Below, piece by piece: positions 24,049-33,709 of a stretch of 64,000 bases of DNA. Under the pieces are notes generated by a model that ran no database searches, was not told the origin of the DNA, and saw only the letters and a list, made by a program, of their open reading frames with translations. The position numbers were made by a program, and so were the translations under genes. The stretch is from Anaeromyxobacter sp. Lineage in GTDB: Bacteria; Myxococcota; Myxococcia; Myxococcales; Anaeromyxobacteraceae. The number at the start of each line of letters is the position of its first letter. The stretch's first letter is position 1. The DNA is taken from NCBI GenBank assembly GCA_049840735.1, contig JASGJN010000001.1:1-64000 (forward strand), written 5' to 3'.

Positions 24049-25687
24049 ATGGCGGACGAGAAGAAGCCCGAAAACCATGGCCCTGTGGTGATTCGCAAGG
24101 GCCACGTGAAGCCCCCGCCCCCCGGGGTCAAGATCGAGGTGCCCGAGGTGGAGCAGCTGGCACCTGCCACCCCGGCGGCCCCTGCGGCCTCCGAGGACCG
24201 CCGGCCGCTGTGGCAGCGCGTGGCCGACCAGGCCGGCCGGCCCGGCCCCGGCGGCCCCGGCGGCGGTGGCCCCCGCGAACGCGGCCCGCGCGGCCCGCGC
24301 CCCGAGCGCGGCGGCCGAGGCGGCCCCCCGCGCGGTGAGCGCGGCGACCGCGGCCGGGGCGACCGCCCCGACCGGCGTGACCGTGAGCGGGGTCCCGCGG
24401 CCGACGCGCCCCGCCCGGCCATGGGCTCCGGCGAGCCGCCGCCCGCCCCGGAGGTGGTCGCGCCCGACGAGGGCTCCTTCGCCGACATGCTGGCCCAGAC
24501 CGACGCCGCGCCCCGCCGCCGCTTCCAGGTGGGCGAGAAGGTGGCCGGCAAGGTCATCCAGCTGGGGCCGGACGTGATCTTCCTCGAGCTGGGCTCCGGC
24601 GTGGCCGAGGCCATGATCGAGACCGTCGAGCTGACCGGCGAGGACGGCGAGGTCACCGCCCGCATCGGCGACATCATCGACGGCGTGGTGGTGCAGGCCA
24701 GCGACCGCGGCGTCGTGGTGTCCAAGGGGCACGGCCGCGCCAGCCGCGACACCGCGCGCGAGCAGGTGATCGAGGCCGCCCACACCGGCCTGCCGGTGGA
24801 GGGCGTGGTCAAGGGCGTCAACAAGGGCGGCCTGGAGGTCGAGGTCCACGGCGTCCGCGCCTTCTGCCCCGTCTCGCAGATCGACGTCCGCTTCGTGGGC
24901 GACACGGCCAGCTTCGTGGGCCAGAAGCTCCTCTTCAAGGTGACCAAGGCCGACCAGCGCGACGCGGTCCTGTCGCGCCGCGCGCTGCTCGAGGAGGAGC
25001 GCGCCGCCAAGGCCAAGGCCACCCGCGAGAAGCTGGCGCAGGGCGCCGTGTTCGAGGGCGTGGTCACGAGCGTGCAGGACTACGGCGCGTTCGTGGATCT
25101 GGGCGGCGTGGAGGGGCTGGTGCACGTCTCCGAGCTGGCCTGGGACCGCGTCTCCAAGCCCCAGGACCTGCTCAAGGCGGGCGACGCCATCCAGGTGCAG
25201 GTGCTCCGGATCGACGAGGATCCGAAGAAGGGCGAGCGGATCGCCCTCTCGGTCAAGGCGCTCATGCCCAGGCCCGAGCCGGTGGCGGCCCCGGCCGCGC
25301 CGGACCGCCCGGAGCGGCCGGCCCGCCCCGCCCCGCCCCCGCCGCCCAAGGTGGGCGACGTCGTGGAGGCCTCGGTCGACAAGATCGAGCCCTTCGGCGT
25401 CTTCGTCCGCTTCGCCGGCGGCCGCGGCCTGGTGCCGGCCAGCGAGAACCGGGACCCCGCGCGGCGCCGACCTGCGCAAGAGCTTCAAGGTGGGCGACGT
25501 GTTCCAGGCCATCGTCGTGGCCATCGACGAGCAGCACCGGATCCGGCTCTCCAAGTCCGGCGCCGAGGCCGCCGCCGAGCGCGCCGAGGCCGCCGAGTAC
25601 CTGGCCAAGGCCTCGCCCAAGCAGCAGGGCAAGGGCTTCGGCACCCTGGGCGACCTGCTCAGGGCCAAGCTGGAGAAGAAGGAGTAA
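24049..25687 (+). CDS. Multi-S1-domain RNA-binding protein (RpsA paralogue) with an RG-rich N-terminus; +1 frameshift near 25448
   Basis: GVNKGGLEVEVHGVRAFCPVSQID and DYGAFVDLGGVEGLVHVSEL S1 repeats; C-terminal GFGTLGDLLRAKL in the shifted frame. Confidence 0.85.
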
Positions 25688-25697
25688 TCCGGGCTGC

Positions 25698-25814
25698 CCT
25701 GCCCTTCGACTTCGCCGCGGTCTTGCCGCGGCGACGCTCAGGGCGAACGGAGCTTCACGTTCCGTTCGGCCTGAGCGTAGCGCCCGCCGAGCGGGCGCGG
25801 AGTCGAAGGGCAGG
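25698..25814. repeat. REPIN-like element of two inverted REP-like units
   Basis: Terminal inverted repeats CCTGCCCTTCGAC / GTCGAAGGGCAGG; inner CGCTCAGGGCGAACGGA / TCCGTTCGGCCTGAGCG. Homologous to 30070 and 32343. Confidence 0.85.
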
Positions 25815-25833
25815 CCTGTCCAGGCGGCGCTTC

Positions 25834-26250
25834 CTAGAAGGACACGCTGCTCCGCGCGTTCCCCAGGAACTGGGCCAGCTTGGTGTCCACCGTGCCGATG
25901 TGCTGCACCAGCCAGGTGCCGATGAGCTGGTTCACGTCCAGCACCACGCGGCTGGTGGCGCCCTTCTCGGCGAACTGCTTCTCGATGGCCTCGAACTTCT
26001 TCCCGAACTCGGCGTGCTGCGCGAGGTGGGCGGCCATGCCGGGGTAGGCCCGCGCTTTCATGAGCTTCTCCTCGCTCGCGAAGTGGGTCGCGCAGTAGGC
26101 CTTGAGGAAGTCGAAGAGCGGCGTGATCTCGGTGGCGGCGCGGCCGGCGGCCATGGCCGCGAGCAGGCTGTCGGCCCGCTTGAACAGCTCCTGGTGCTGG
26201 CTGTCGATGGCGGGGACGCCGATGGCGAGCGACGGGTTCCAGATGGGCAT
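25834..26250 (-). CDS. Bacteriohemerythrin
   Basis: IDSQHQEL, HFASEEKLM, HLAQH and WLVQHIGTVD iron-ligand pattern. Confidence 0.9.
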   Translation of the reverse strand: MPIWNPSLAIGVPAIDSQHQELFKRADSLLAAMAAGRAATEITPLFDFLKAYCATHFASEEKLMKARAYPGMAAHLAQHAEFGKKFEAIEKQFAEKGATSRVVLDVNQLIGTWLVQHIGTVDTKLAQFLGNARSSVSF

Positions 26251-26274
26251 TCGAATCTCCGGGCGGCGGTGGCG

Positions 26275-26294
26275 GACTTGATCCAGTGCAAGTC
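26275..26294. promoter_or_regulatory. FNR/CRP-like box upstream of the hemerythrin gene
   Basis: GACTTGATCCAGTGCAAGTC; core TTGAT-N4-TGCAA resembles TTGAT-N4-ATCAA. Confidence 0.4.
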
Positions 26295-26404
26295 GGCGAC
26301 CGCGCCCGCCCGGCCTCGCCCCGCTTCGCGAGGGAGCGATCCCGCGGGGTTACGCCGCGCGCAGGGGTTGCGGCCCCAGGTGCCGGCCGCCCCGGGGTCC
26401 CGGC

Positions 26405-28069
26405 TCACGCCTCCCGGACGCTCCACCCCCAGGCCGGCAGCTCGGCGGCGGGCGCGCCGGAGAGGTTGGCGCGCAGCTCGAGGCCGGGGTGACGGACGGT
26501 GAAGAGCCGCTCCTCGGCGGTGACCCGCGGCCAGGCCTGGGCCAGGCGGTGCTTGCGGCGCAGCGCCAGCAGGGTCCGGTAGTGCTCGCGCAGCCGGCCG
26601 TGCTCGCCGTCGCGGCGGTGGGCCGGGCGGGAGAGGGCGAAGGTCTCCGGGTCCTGCGGATCGGGCACCACGCCGGCGCCGGCGGTGATGAACTCCGTGC
26701 GGCGCCCCTCCGAGACCGCCCGGGCCAGCGCCGGATTGCCGTGGCTGGTGAAGTAGAGGAAGGGGCGCGTCTCGCCGTACTCCTCGCCCATGAAGACGAG
26801 CGGCAGCCCCGCGCCGAGCAGCACCAGCGCCGCGAGCGGGTAGAGCGCGTCCGGCGGCACCAGCGAGGCCAGCCGCTCGCCGTGGGGGCGGTTGCCGATC
26901 TGGTCGTGGTTCTGCAGGCAGGTGACGAAGCAGGACGGCGGCAGGCCGCGGGCGGAGGTGCCGTGCGGGCGTCCGCGGTAGGCGGAGCGCTGGCCCTGGT
27001 AGACCCAGCCCTCCTGCAGCGCGCGCACCACCGCGTCCGGGGTGCCGTAGTCGCCCAGGAAGCGGTTGCGCTCCCCGGTGACCAGCGCGTGCAGCGCGTG
27101 GTGCAGCTCGTCGGCCCAGACCGCGCTCACGCCCCACCCCTCCGGCGGCGGGTCGAGCAGGCGGCGCAGGTTGCGGTCGTCCTCGGCCACCACGTGCACG
27201 CGGCGCCCCTGCCGGCGGGCCTGCTCCGCCACCCGCTGGCACAGCTCCGCCACCAGCGGCGTGGGGCTGTCGTCCTGGATGGCGTGGGTGGCGTCGAGCC
27301 GCAGCGCGTCCACCCCGAAGTCGCGCACCCACTGCAGCGCCGCGCCGATCATGAGCTCGCGCACCGGCCCGGCGCCGGGGCCGTCGAAGTCGAGGCCGTC
27401 GCCCCACGGTGAACGATGACGCGAGGTGAAGTAGGGCCCCAGCTCGCCGGTGTAGTTCCCCTCCGGGCCGAGGTGGTTGTAGACCACGTCCAGGCAGACC
27501 GCGAGGCCGGCCCCATGCGCGGCGTCCACGAACCGCTGCAGCGCCGCCGGCCCGCCGTAGGCGGCGTGGACGGCCCAGGGCTGGACGCCGTCGTAGCCCC
27601 AGTTCCGGGCGCCCGGGAACGGCTGCAGCGGCATCAGCTCCACGCAGGTGACGCCCAGGTCGGCCAGGTCCGGCAGCCGCTCCGCCGCGGCGTCGAGCGT
27701 GCCGGCCGCGGTGAAGGCGCCCACGTGCAGCTCGTAGAAGACCAGCTCCTCGCGCGCCAGGCCGCCGAACCCGTGGCGCCAGGCGTGGCGGCCCGGGTCG
27801 AAGAGGCGTGACGGCCCGTGAACGCCCTCCGGCTGGTCGCGGCTGGCCGGGTCCGGCCGCAGGCGCCCGCCGGGCAGGACCAGCTGGTAGGGCGTGCCGT
27901 GGCCGGCGCCCGGGACCTCCACCGACCACCAGCCGCCGTCGTCCCGGGCCATGGGGAAGTCGGTGCCGAGGGTGCGGATGCGGAGGCTCTCCAGGAGGGG
28001 CGCCCAGACGTGGAAGCGGGCGCCCCCCGCCAGGATCTCCGGTCCGTGAAGCAGCGGGCGAGGACTCAT
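26405..28069 (-). CDS. treZ: Malto-oligosyltrehalose trehalohydrolase
   Basis: PDPASRDQPEGVHGPS, YELHVG, RNWGYDGV, LRLDATHAI, QNHDQIGNR and FMGEEYGE motifs. Confidence 0.95.
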   Translation of the reverse strand: MSPRPLLHGPEILAGGARFHVWAPLLESLRIRTLGTDFPMARDDGGWWSVEVPGAGHGTPYQLVLPGGRLRPDPASRDQPEGVHGPSRLFDPGRHAWRHGFGGLAREELVFYELHVGAFTAAGTLDAAAERLPDLADLGVTCVELMPLQPFPGARNWGYDGVQPWAVHAAYGGPAALQRFVDAAHGAGLAVCLDVVYNHLGPEGNYTGELGPYFTSRHRSPWGDGLDFDGPGAGPVRELMIGAALQWVRDFGVDALRLDATHAIQDDSPTPLVAELCQRVAEQARRQGRRVHVVAEDDRNLRRLLDPPPEGWGVSAVWADELHHALHALVTGERNRFLGDYGTPDAVVRALQEGWVYQGQRSAYRGRPHGTSARGLPPSCFVTCLQNHDQIGNRPHGERLASLVPPDALYPLAALVLLGAGLPLVFMGEEYGETRPFLYFTSHGNPALARAVSEGRRTEFITAGAGVVPDPQDPETFALSRPAHRRDGEHGRLREHYRTLLALRRKHRLAQAWPRVTAEERLFTVRHPGLELRANLSGAPAAELPAWGWSVREA

Positions 28070-28275
28070 TGGACGGAGTCTAGGTAGTCCTACGCATTGC
28101 GGGGGTGTGCGGGTTGTGGTCGGTCATTGGAAGGAGGCCGGCGCCGACGCGGGTACACGTCGCACTCGTGCTCGACATCTTCGCAGAGTCGGCGCTAGGT
28201 TGTGACCTCTTGCCGCAGCGCAGCGGACCCGCGCCCGTCCTCCGGACGAGGCGCCACGACCAGGGGACCTGTTCG

Positions 28276-30060
28276 ATGACCGTCGCGACCTCTGCACGCC
28301 CCATCCAGAACCTGCATCTCGCCGCGTGGGTCGAGGAGATGGCCAAGCTCTGCAAGCCGGACCGGATCCACTGGTGTGACGGCTCGGCCGGGGAGCGCGC
28401 CACCCTGCTGGAGGAGGCTGTCCGGGCGAGGGTCTTCATCCCGCTGGACCAGAGGAAGTGGCCAGGCTGCTACTACCACCACTCGAACTCCACCGACGTG
28501 GCGCGGGTCGAGCACCTCACCTTCATCTGCTCCCCCACCCGCGCGGAGGCCGGCCCCACCAACAACTGGATGGAGCCTGCCGAGGCCTACCGGAAGCTGG
28601 GCGCGCTGTTCGACGGCGCGATGAAGGGGCGGACGATGTACGTGGTGCCCTACCTGATGGGCCCCGCCGGCTCGCCCTTCTCCCGGGTGGGCGTGGAGCT
28701 GACCGACTCGCTCTACGTGGTCCTCAACATGGAGATGATGACGCGGATGGGGAAGGTGGCGCTCGACCGGCTGGGCGGGTCGAACGACTTCAACCGCGGC
28801 CTCCACTCCGTGCGCGACTGCGATCCGGAGAAGCGGTTCATCTGCCACTTCCCGCAGGACAACACCATCTGGTCGGTGGGCTCGGGCTACGGCGGCAACG
28901 CGCTTTTGGGGAAGAAGTGCCTGGCGCTGCGCATCGCCAGCGACATGGCCCGGCGCGAGGGGTGGCTGGCCGAGCACATGCTCATCCTCGAGGCGGAGAG
29001 CCCGGCCGGCGAGAAGCGCTACGTGGCCGCCGCCTTCCCCTCGGCCTGCGGCAAGACCAACTTCGCCATGATGATCCCGCCGGCCGCCTTCCGCGGCTGG
29101 CAGATCCGCACCGTGGGCGACGACATCGCCTGGATGCGCGTGGGCGAGGACGGCCGGCTCTGGGCGGTCAACCCGGAGAACGGCTACTTCGGCGTGGCCC
29201 CGGGCACCAACCGCAAGACCAACCCCAACGCGATGGACTGCGTCCGCAAGGACGCCTTCTTCACCAACGTGGCGCGCACGCTGGACGGCGACATCTGGTG
29301 GGAGGGGATGGACGGCGAGGCGCCGGAGCAGCTCATCGACTGGAAGGGCCAGCCCTGGACGAAGGGCTCGACCGAGAAGGCGGCCCACCCCAACAGCCGC
29401 TTCACCGCGCCGGTCCGCAACAACCCGGCCCTCTCGCCGGCGGTGGACGATCCGCACGGCGTGCCCATCTCGGCCATCATCTTCGGCGGCCGCCGCGCCA
29501 CCACCGTGCCGCTGGTGCTGGAGTCGTTCAACTGGGCCCACGGCGTCTACCTGGGCGCCACCATGGGCTCGGAGGCCACCGCCGCCGCCGGCGCCTTCGC
29601 CGGCGTGCGCCGCGACCCGATGGCCATGCTCCCCTTCTGCGGCTACGACGCGGGCACGTACCTGGGCCACTGGCTGGACATGCAGCAGCGGATCCCGCAC
29701 CCGCCCAAGGTCTTCCTGGTCAACTGGTTCAGGAAAGGCGCCGACGGCAAGTTCCTCTGGCCGGGCTACGGCGAGAACATGCGCGTCCTGAAGTGGATCC
29801 TCGACCGCTGCGACGGTCACGTGGGCGCCGAGGAGACGCTGCTGGGCGGCACCCCGCGCCGCGCCGACCTGGAGCTCTCCGGCCTGGACGCCCCGGCCGC
29901 CGCGGTTGACGACGCGCTGCACATCGACCTGGCCGAGTGGGAGCAGGAGCTGGTCTCGCAGGCCGAGTGGTTCGACAAGCTGGGGAAGACGCTGCCGCGT
30001 GCCCTCGCGCTGCAGCGGGAGCTCTTGCTGGAGCGGGTGAGGTCGGCGAGGAGGGGGTAG
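28276..30060 (+). CDS. pckG: Phosphoenolpyruvate carboxykinase (GTP)
   Basis: GSGYGGNALLGKKC, AFPSACGKTN, GDDIAW, HPNSRF, RRDPMAMLPFCGY and NWFRK motifs. Confidence 0.95.
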   Translation: MTVATSARPIQNLHLAAWVEEMAKLCKPDRIHWCDGSAGERATLLEEAVRARVFIPLDQRKWPGCYYHHSNSTDVARVEHLTFICSPTRAEAGPTNNWMEPAEAYRKLGALFDGAMKGRTMYVVPYLMGPAGSPFSRVGVELTDSLYVVLNMEMMTRMGKVALDRLGGSNDFNRGLHSVRDCDPEKRFICHFPQDNTIWSVGSGYGGNALLGKKCLALRIASDMARREGWLAEHMLILEAESPAGEKRYVAAAFPSACGKTNFAMMIPPAAFRGWQIRTVGDDIAWMRVGEDGRLWAVNPENGYFGVAPGTNRKTNPNAMDCVRKDAFFTNVARTLDGDIWWEGMDGEAPEQLIDWKGQPWTKGSTEKAAHPNSRFTAPVRNNPALSPAVDDPHGVPISAIIFGGRRATTVPLVLESFNWAHGVYLGATMGSEATAAAGAFAGVRRDPMAMLPFCGYDAGTYLGHWLDMQQRIPHPPKVFLVNWFRKGADGKFLWPGYGENMRVLKWILDRCDGHVGAEETLLGGTPRRADLELSGLDAPAAAVDDALHIDLAEWEQELVSQAEWFDKLGKTLPRALALQRELLLERVRSARRG

Positions 30061-30069
30061 GTCCCTGTC

Positions 30070-30185
30070 CTTCGACTCCGCGCCCGCTGCGCGGGCGCTA
30101 CGCTCAGGACGAACGGGGGCGGGCCAAGCCCCAGGATCCCGTTCGGGCTGAGCGTAGCGAGCCCGCAGGGCTCGCGGAGTCGAAG
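30070..30185. repeat. REPIN-like element, second copy
   Basis: CTTCGACTCCGCG[hairpin]CTACGCTCAGGACGAACGGG...CCCGTTCGGGCTGAGCGTAG[hairpin]CGCGGAGTCGAAG. Confidence 0.85.
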
Positions 30186-30291
30186 CCCAGGGTCGCAGGT
30201 GGTCAGCGCCTCGCGCCTTGAAGAGCAAAGCGGTTGGCGCCAGCCGCCGGCTGAGGCTCCCCCTGCACCGGCGCAACCCTGGCGCCGCTCG

Positions 30292-31177
30292 TTACACCTG
30301 CCCCACCCACCCCTGGTCGTGGGCGCGGAAGGCCTCGCGGATGCGCGCCACCAGCTCTTCCGGCAGCGGCCCCTTCGCCACCAGCTCCGCGTTGCGGCGC
30401 AGGCTCTCCACCCGCGTGGTGCCGACGATGGCGGCCGAGACGCCGGGCTGGAACGCCGTGAAGCGCAGCGCCAGCTCGTCCCAGGGGAGGCCGGCCGGAT
30501 CGATCGCCCATGGCCTTCCAGCAATCCCAGTAGGCCTCGACGTACTGGCCGGCGGGGCGCTCGCCGTGGCGCCAGGGAGCGTTGGCGATGGGGCGCTTGG
30601 CGATGAGCCCCAGGCCGCGGCCGCGGGCGGCGGGCAGCGCCTCGTCCAGCACGCGCTGGTCGCAGAAGTTGACCGAGCACTCCACCACGCCGAAGCGGCC
30701 GGAGGCGACGGCGTACCCGAGCGGCTGGTTCTCCCCGGAGTAGCCGGCGGCTCGGATCTTCCCGGCCTGGCGGGCCTGGTCCAGCACGGAGAGCAGCGCC
30801 TCGTCGCGCAGCCGGTCCTCGCCGCAGGAGTGGAGCAGCACCACGTCGATGACGTCGGTGCGCAGGCGCCCCAGGGCCTGATCGATCCCGCGGCGGACGC
30901 AGCCGGCGGTCCAGTCCGGCTCGCCCTCCACGCCGTAGCCGACCTTGGTGGAGAGGACGAAGTCCTTGCGGCGGTGCGCGAGGTGCCGGCCGATCCGCTC
31001 CTCGGAGAGGCCGTAGCCGCGGGCGGTGTCCACCAGCGTGACGCCCAGGTCGAGCGCGGTGTTGAGCAGGCGGCCGGCGTCGTCCTCCGAGAGGCGGGCG
31101 TCGCCGACCTGGCCGGCGCCGAGCCCCAGCGCCGACACGCGCAGGCCGGTGGTGCCGAGGTCGCGGGTGGGGATCAT
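30292..31177 (-). CDS. Aldo/keto reductase; frameshift near 30508
   Basis: LGTTGLRVSALGLG, VDTARGYG.SEE, STKVG and DVVLLH motifs; the C-terminus ELALRF...AIVGT...GPLP is in another frame and ends at TAA 30292. Confidence 0.85.
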
Positions 31178-31235
31178 GGGGCAGGCGTAACACGACGGGC
31201 GCGCGGGTGCCCGGCCGTTCGCGTACATTCTGGGC

Positions 31236-31967
31236 ATGTGCACGCTGGCGCTGGGGCTGGGGCTGGATCGCCGCTGGCCGGTGGTGATCGCCGCCAACCG
31301 CGACGAGCGGCTGGGGCGCGCCTCGGAGGGCTGGGCCCTGCGCGCCGGCGCGGGCGGGCTGCGCCATGCGGCCCCGGCCGACCGGCTGGCGGGAGGCACC
31401 TGGATCGGCGTCTCGGCCGGCGGGCTGGTGGCGGCGGTCACCAACTACCACGCGCCCTTCGACTGGTACCCCGACCCGGCGCGCCGCTCGCGCGGCGAGC
31501 TGGTGCCGCTGGCGCTGGCGGCCGGCTCGGTGGACGCGGCGGCCGAGGCGCTGCGGCCGCTGGAGGCCGCGCGCTGGAACCCCTTCCACCTGGTGGTGGC
31601 CGGGCCGGACGGCGCGCTGCTCTGGTGGCACGACGGCGAGGCCGCCGGGCTGGAGCGGCTCGACCCCGGGCTGCACGTGATCACCGAGTCCGACCGAACC
31701 GGCCGCGGGCCGCGCGCGGAGCGGGTCCGGGCGCGCTGGCCGGCCGAGCCGGCGGTGGAGCGGCTGCGCGAGGTGCTGGTGCAGCACGACGGCCGCGACG
31801 GCACCTGCATCCACGGCGACCCGGTCTACGGCACGCGCTCCTCCACCGTCCTCCGGCTGGCCCGCGACCTGGCCGCCTCGGACCTGTTCGTGGCCGACGG
31901 CCGCCCCTGCCAGTCGCCGCTGGAGGATCGCTCGCCGCTGCTCGAGGCGCTGGCGCGCTCCGCTTGA
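31236..31967 (+). CDS. NRDE/TANGO2 family protein
   Basis: MCT N-terminus, AANRDE, GGTW, SRGELV and YGTRSST motifs. Confidence 0.9.
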   Translation: MCTLALGLGLDRRWPVVIAANRDERLGRASEGWALRAGAGGLRHAAPADRLAGGTWIGVSAGGLVAAVTNYHAPFDWYPDPARRSRGELVPLALAAGSVDAAAEALRPLEAARWNPFHLVVAGPDGALLWWHDGEAAGLERLDPGLHVITESDRTGRGPRAERVRARWPAEPAVERLREVLVQHDGRDGTCIHGDPVYGTRSSTVLRLARDLAASDLFVADGRPCQSPLEDRSPLLEALARSA

Positions 31968-32002
31968 CGCGCCGCCCGCCAGGCAGCATGTAGTGGGCCG
32001 CC

Positions 32003-32338
32003 ATGGGACTCCTCGATCGCATCAGCTTCCAGAAGAAGGCCGCCGAGCCCCCCGAGGCCATCGACGTCCTGCCGGACCACGCGATCCGGATCCTCTGGCC
32101 CGGCGGGCCGGAGGTGACCATCCCGGCGGTGCGCCTGCGCGACGCCTGCCCCTGCGCCGGCTGCGTGGAGGAGGGCACCGGGCGCAAGCTGCTCGACCCG
32201 GCCACCATCCCGGCCGACATCCGGCCCGAGCAGATCGTGCCGGTGGGCAGCTACGCCGTCCAGATCCACTGGTCGGACGGCCACTCCACCGGGCTCTACT
32301 CGTGGGAGACGCTGCGCCGGGCCAGCGGGCTGGGGTAG
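32003..32338 (+). CDS. DUF971 / GBBH-like N-terminal domain protein
   Basis: LRDACPCAGC...VGSYAVQIHWSDGHSTGLYSWETL. Confidence 0.85.
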   Translation: MGLLDRISFQKKAAEPPEAIDVLPDHAIRILWPGGPEVTIPAVRLRDACPCAGCVEEGTGRKLLDPATIPADIRPEQIVPVGSYAVQIHWSDGHSTGLYSWETLRRASGLG

Positions 32339-32342
32339 CGCC

Positions 32343-32394
32343 GCCCTTCGACTCCGCCTGCCCTGAGCTTGCCGAAGGGCTCAGGGCGAACGGA
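32343..32394. repeat. Single REP-like unit with a nested inverted REP-like insert
   Basis: GCCCTTCGACTCCGC-[CTGCCCTGAGCTTGCCGAAGG]-GCTCAGGGCGAACGGA. Confidence 0.75.
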
Positions 32395-32412
32395 ACCCCT
32401 CGGGCCGCAGGG

Positions 32413-33318
32413 TCAAATCAGGCTGCGCGCCGGCGGCTCGATGCGGCTGTACAGGTTCACGTCCGGCGCGTGGCCGTCGCGCAGCGTGCCGAAGCGCAGG
32501 CCGCGCAGGTCGCCGCTGGCGCCGCGCAGCGCGTGGACCAGCAGCTTGACGGTGTTGCCGTCGGCCCGCGCCGCCATGGCCTCGCGCACCAGCACGTCGG
32601 CGGCGCCACGGGCGTCGTAGGCGCCGGAGCGGTAGGGGCGCGGCTGCGTGAGCGCGGCGAAGCTGGAGGCCACGCCGATCACCTCGATGGCGCGCGAGGG
32701 CGGGCCGGAGAGGCCGGGGTAGCCCTGCCCGCAGCGCCAGTGGTGGCCGCGGGCGGCCTGGACGGCGGGGTGGTGGCCCAGCACCGCGGCCAGGTGGTAG
32801 GCGCCCAGCAGCGGGTGGGCGGCGATGCGGTGGCCGTCCTCGACCGAGAGCCGCTCGCGCGAGGCCAGGAGCCGCGCCGGGAGGTGGCGCATGCCCACGT
32901 CGTGGAGCAGCGCCGCGGCCGCCAGCTCGGGCAGCGCGCGGGCCTCGCCCACCGCGGTGAGCAGCATCCGGACCGCGACCGCGGCGGTGATGGCCGGGTG
33001 GCGGTGGAACGGGGGAGCGTGCTGGCGCAGGGAGAGCAGCTCCTCCACCAGCGGCTCGGGCAGGAGCACCGCCAGCAGCGTCCTCTGGATGGCGTCGCGG
33101 GCGCCGGCGCGGGCGAAGAGGTGGTGGTAGACCGGCGCCTCGAGGGCCCAGGCCACGTCGGCCGCCAGCGGGGTCTCGGCCAGCAGCACCTTCGGCCGGG
33201 CAGGCGCCCGCTGCCCGGCCTCGGCGATGGTCTCGGGCGAGATGACCGAGCCGCGCCGCGCGAGCACGGCGCCGCGGCAATCCAGCAGGTCCTCTGCGAG
33301 CGTCAGGCGGTCGAACAT
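32413..33318 (-). CDS. Degenerate HD-GYP domain protein
   Basis: LLHDVG, HPLLG, HHWRCGQGYP and RPYR motifs. Confidence 0.75.
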   Translation of the reverse strand: MFDRLTLAEDLLDCRGAVLARRGSVISPETIAEAGQRAPARPKVLLAETPLAADVAWALEAPVYHHLFARAGARDAIQRTLLAVLLPEPLVEELLSLRQHAPPFHRHPAITAAVAVRMLLTAVGEARALPELAAAALLHDVGMRHLPARLLASRERLSVEDGHRIAAHPLLGAYHLAAVLGHHPAVQAARGHHWRCGQGYPGLSGPPSRAIEVIGVASSFAALTQPRPYRSGAYDARGAADVLVREAMAARADGNTVKLLVHALRGASGDLRGLRFGTLRDGHAPDVNLYSRIEPPARSLI

Positions 33319-33527
33319 CGAGTGAAGGGAGCGTACCAGCCCCGCGGGACAGGGCGGAAGCCTGGGCCCATCCGTTCCGCAGCGGCCCCTCGCCCGGCGG
33401 AACTCCGGCCTGTGGCCGCACCGCGTCGCCCACATCCGGCCAGCGGGCGAGCGCTCGTGCTTCCGCGGGTTTGTTCCGTTTACGCCGAGTGTGGGGCGTG
33501 CTGCCCCTGTCAGCCCCGGGGTGGGGA

Positions 33528-33601
33528 TCAGCGCCGCCGGGCCCGCGCCATGGCCCGGTCCATCTCCCGCTTGGACTCGCGCTCGGCGATCGCGTCGCGC
33601 C
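33528..33601 (-). repeat. 74-bp direct-repeat copy of the smpB 3' end (attR-like)
   Basis: 68/74 identical to 33710..33783, including a 42-bp perfect block; encodes RDAIAERESKREMDRAMARARRR*. Confidence 0.95.
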
Positions 33602-33709
33602 TAGCAGCTTCACGGGGCGTGCCGCCCCGCCCCGCCGGCAAAGCCGTCGGGGCCCCACCCCTGCTCGCGGGGGCCCTGGCGCGCTTCGCGCGCCGCTCCC
33701 CGCGGGCGG
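33602..33709. mobile_element. 108-bp hairpin-rich non-coding insert between the duplicated smpB ends
   Basis: Flanked by 74-bp direct repeats; contains hairpins GGGGCGTGCCGCCCC, CGGCAAAGCCG, GGGCCCC...GGGGCCC and GGCGCGCTTCGCGCGCC. Confidence 0.5.

Noticed and set aside
25698..32394. CRISPR array
   Set aside because: The repeats are dispersed and inverted, have no regular spacers, and no cas genes are present.
33320..33527. tmRNA (ssrA) expected next to smpB
   Set aside because: No convincing tmRNA 5' end, T-arm/CCA 3' end or tag reading frame, and the gap is too short.
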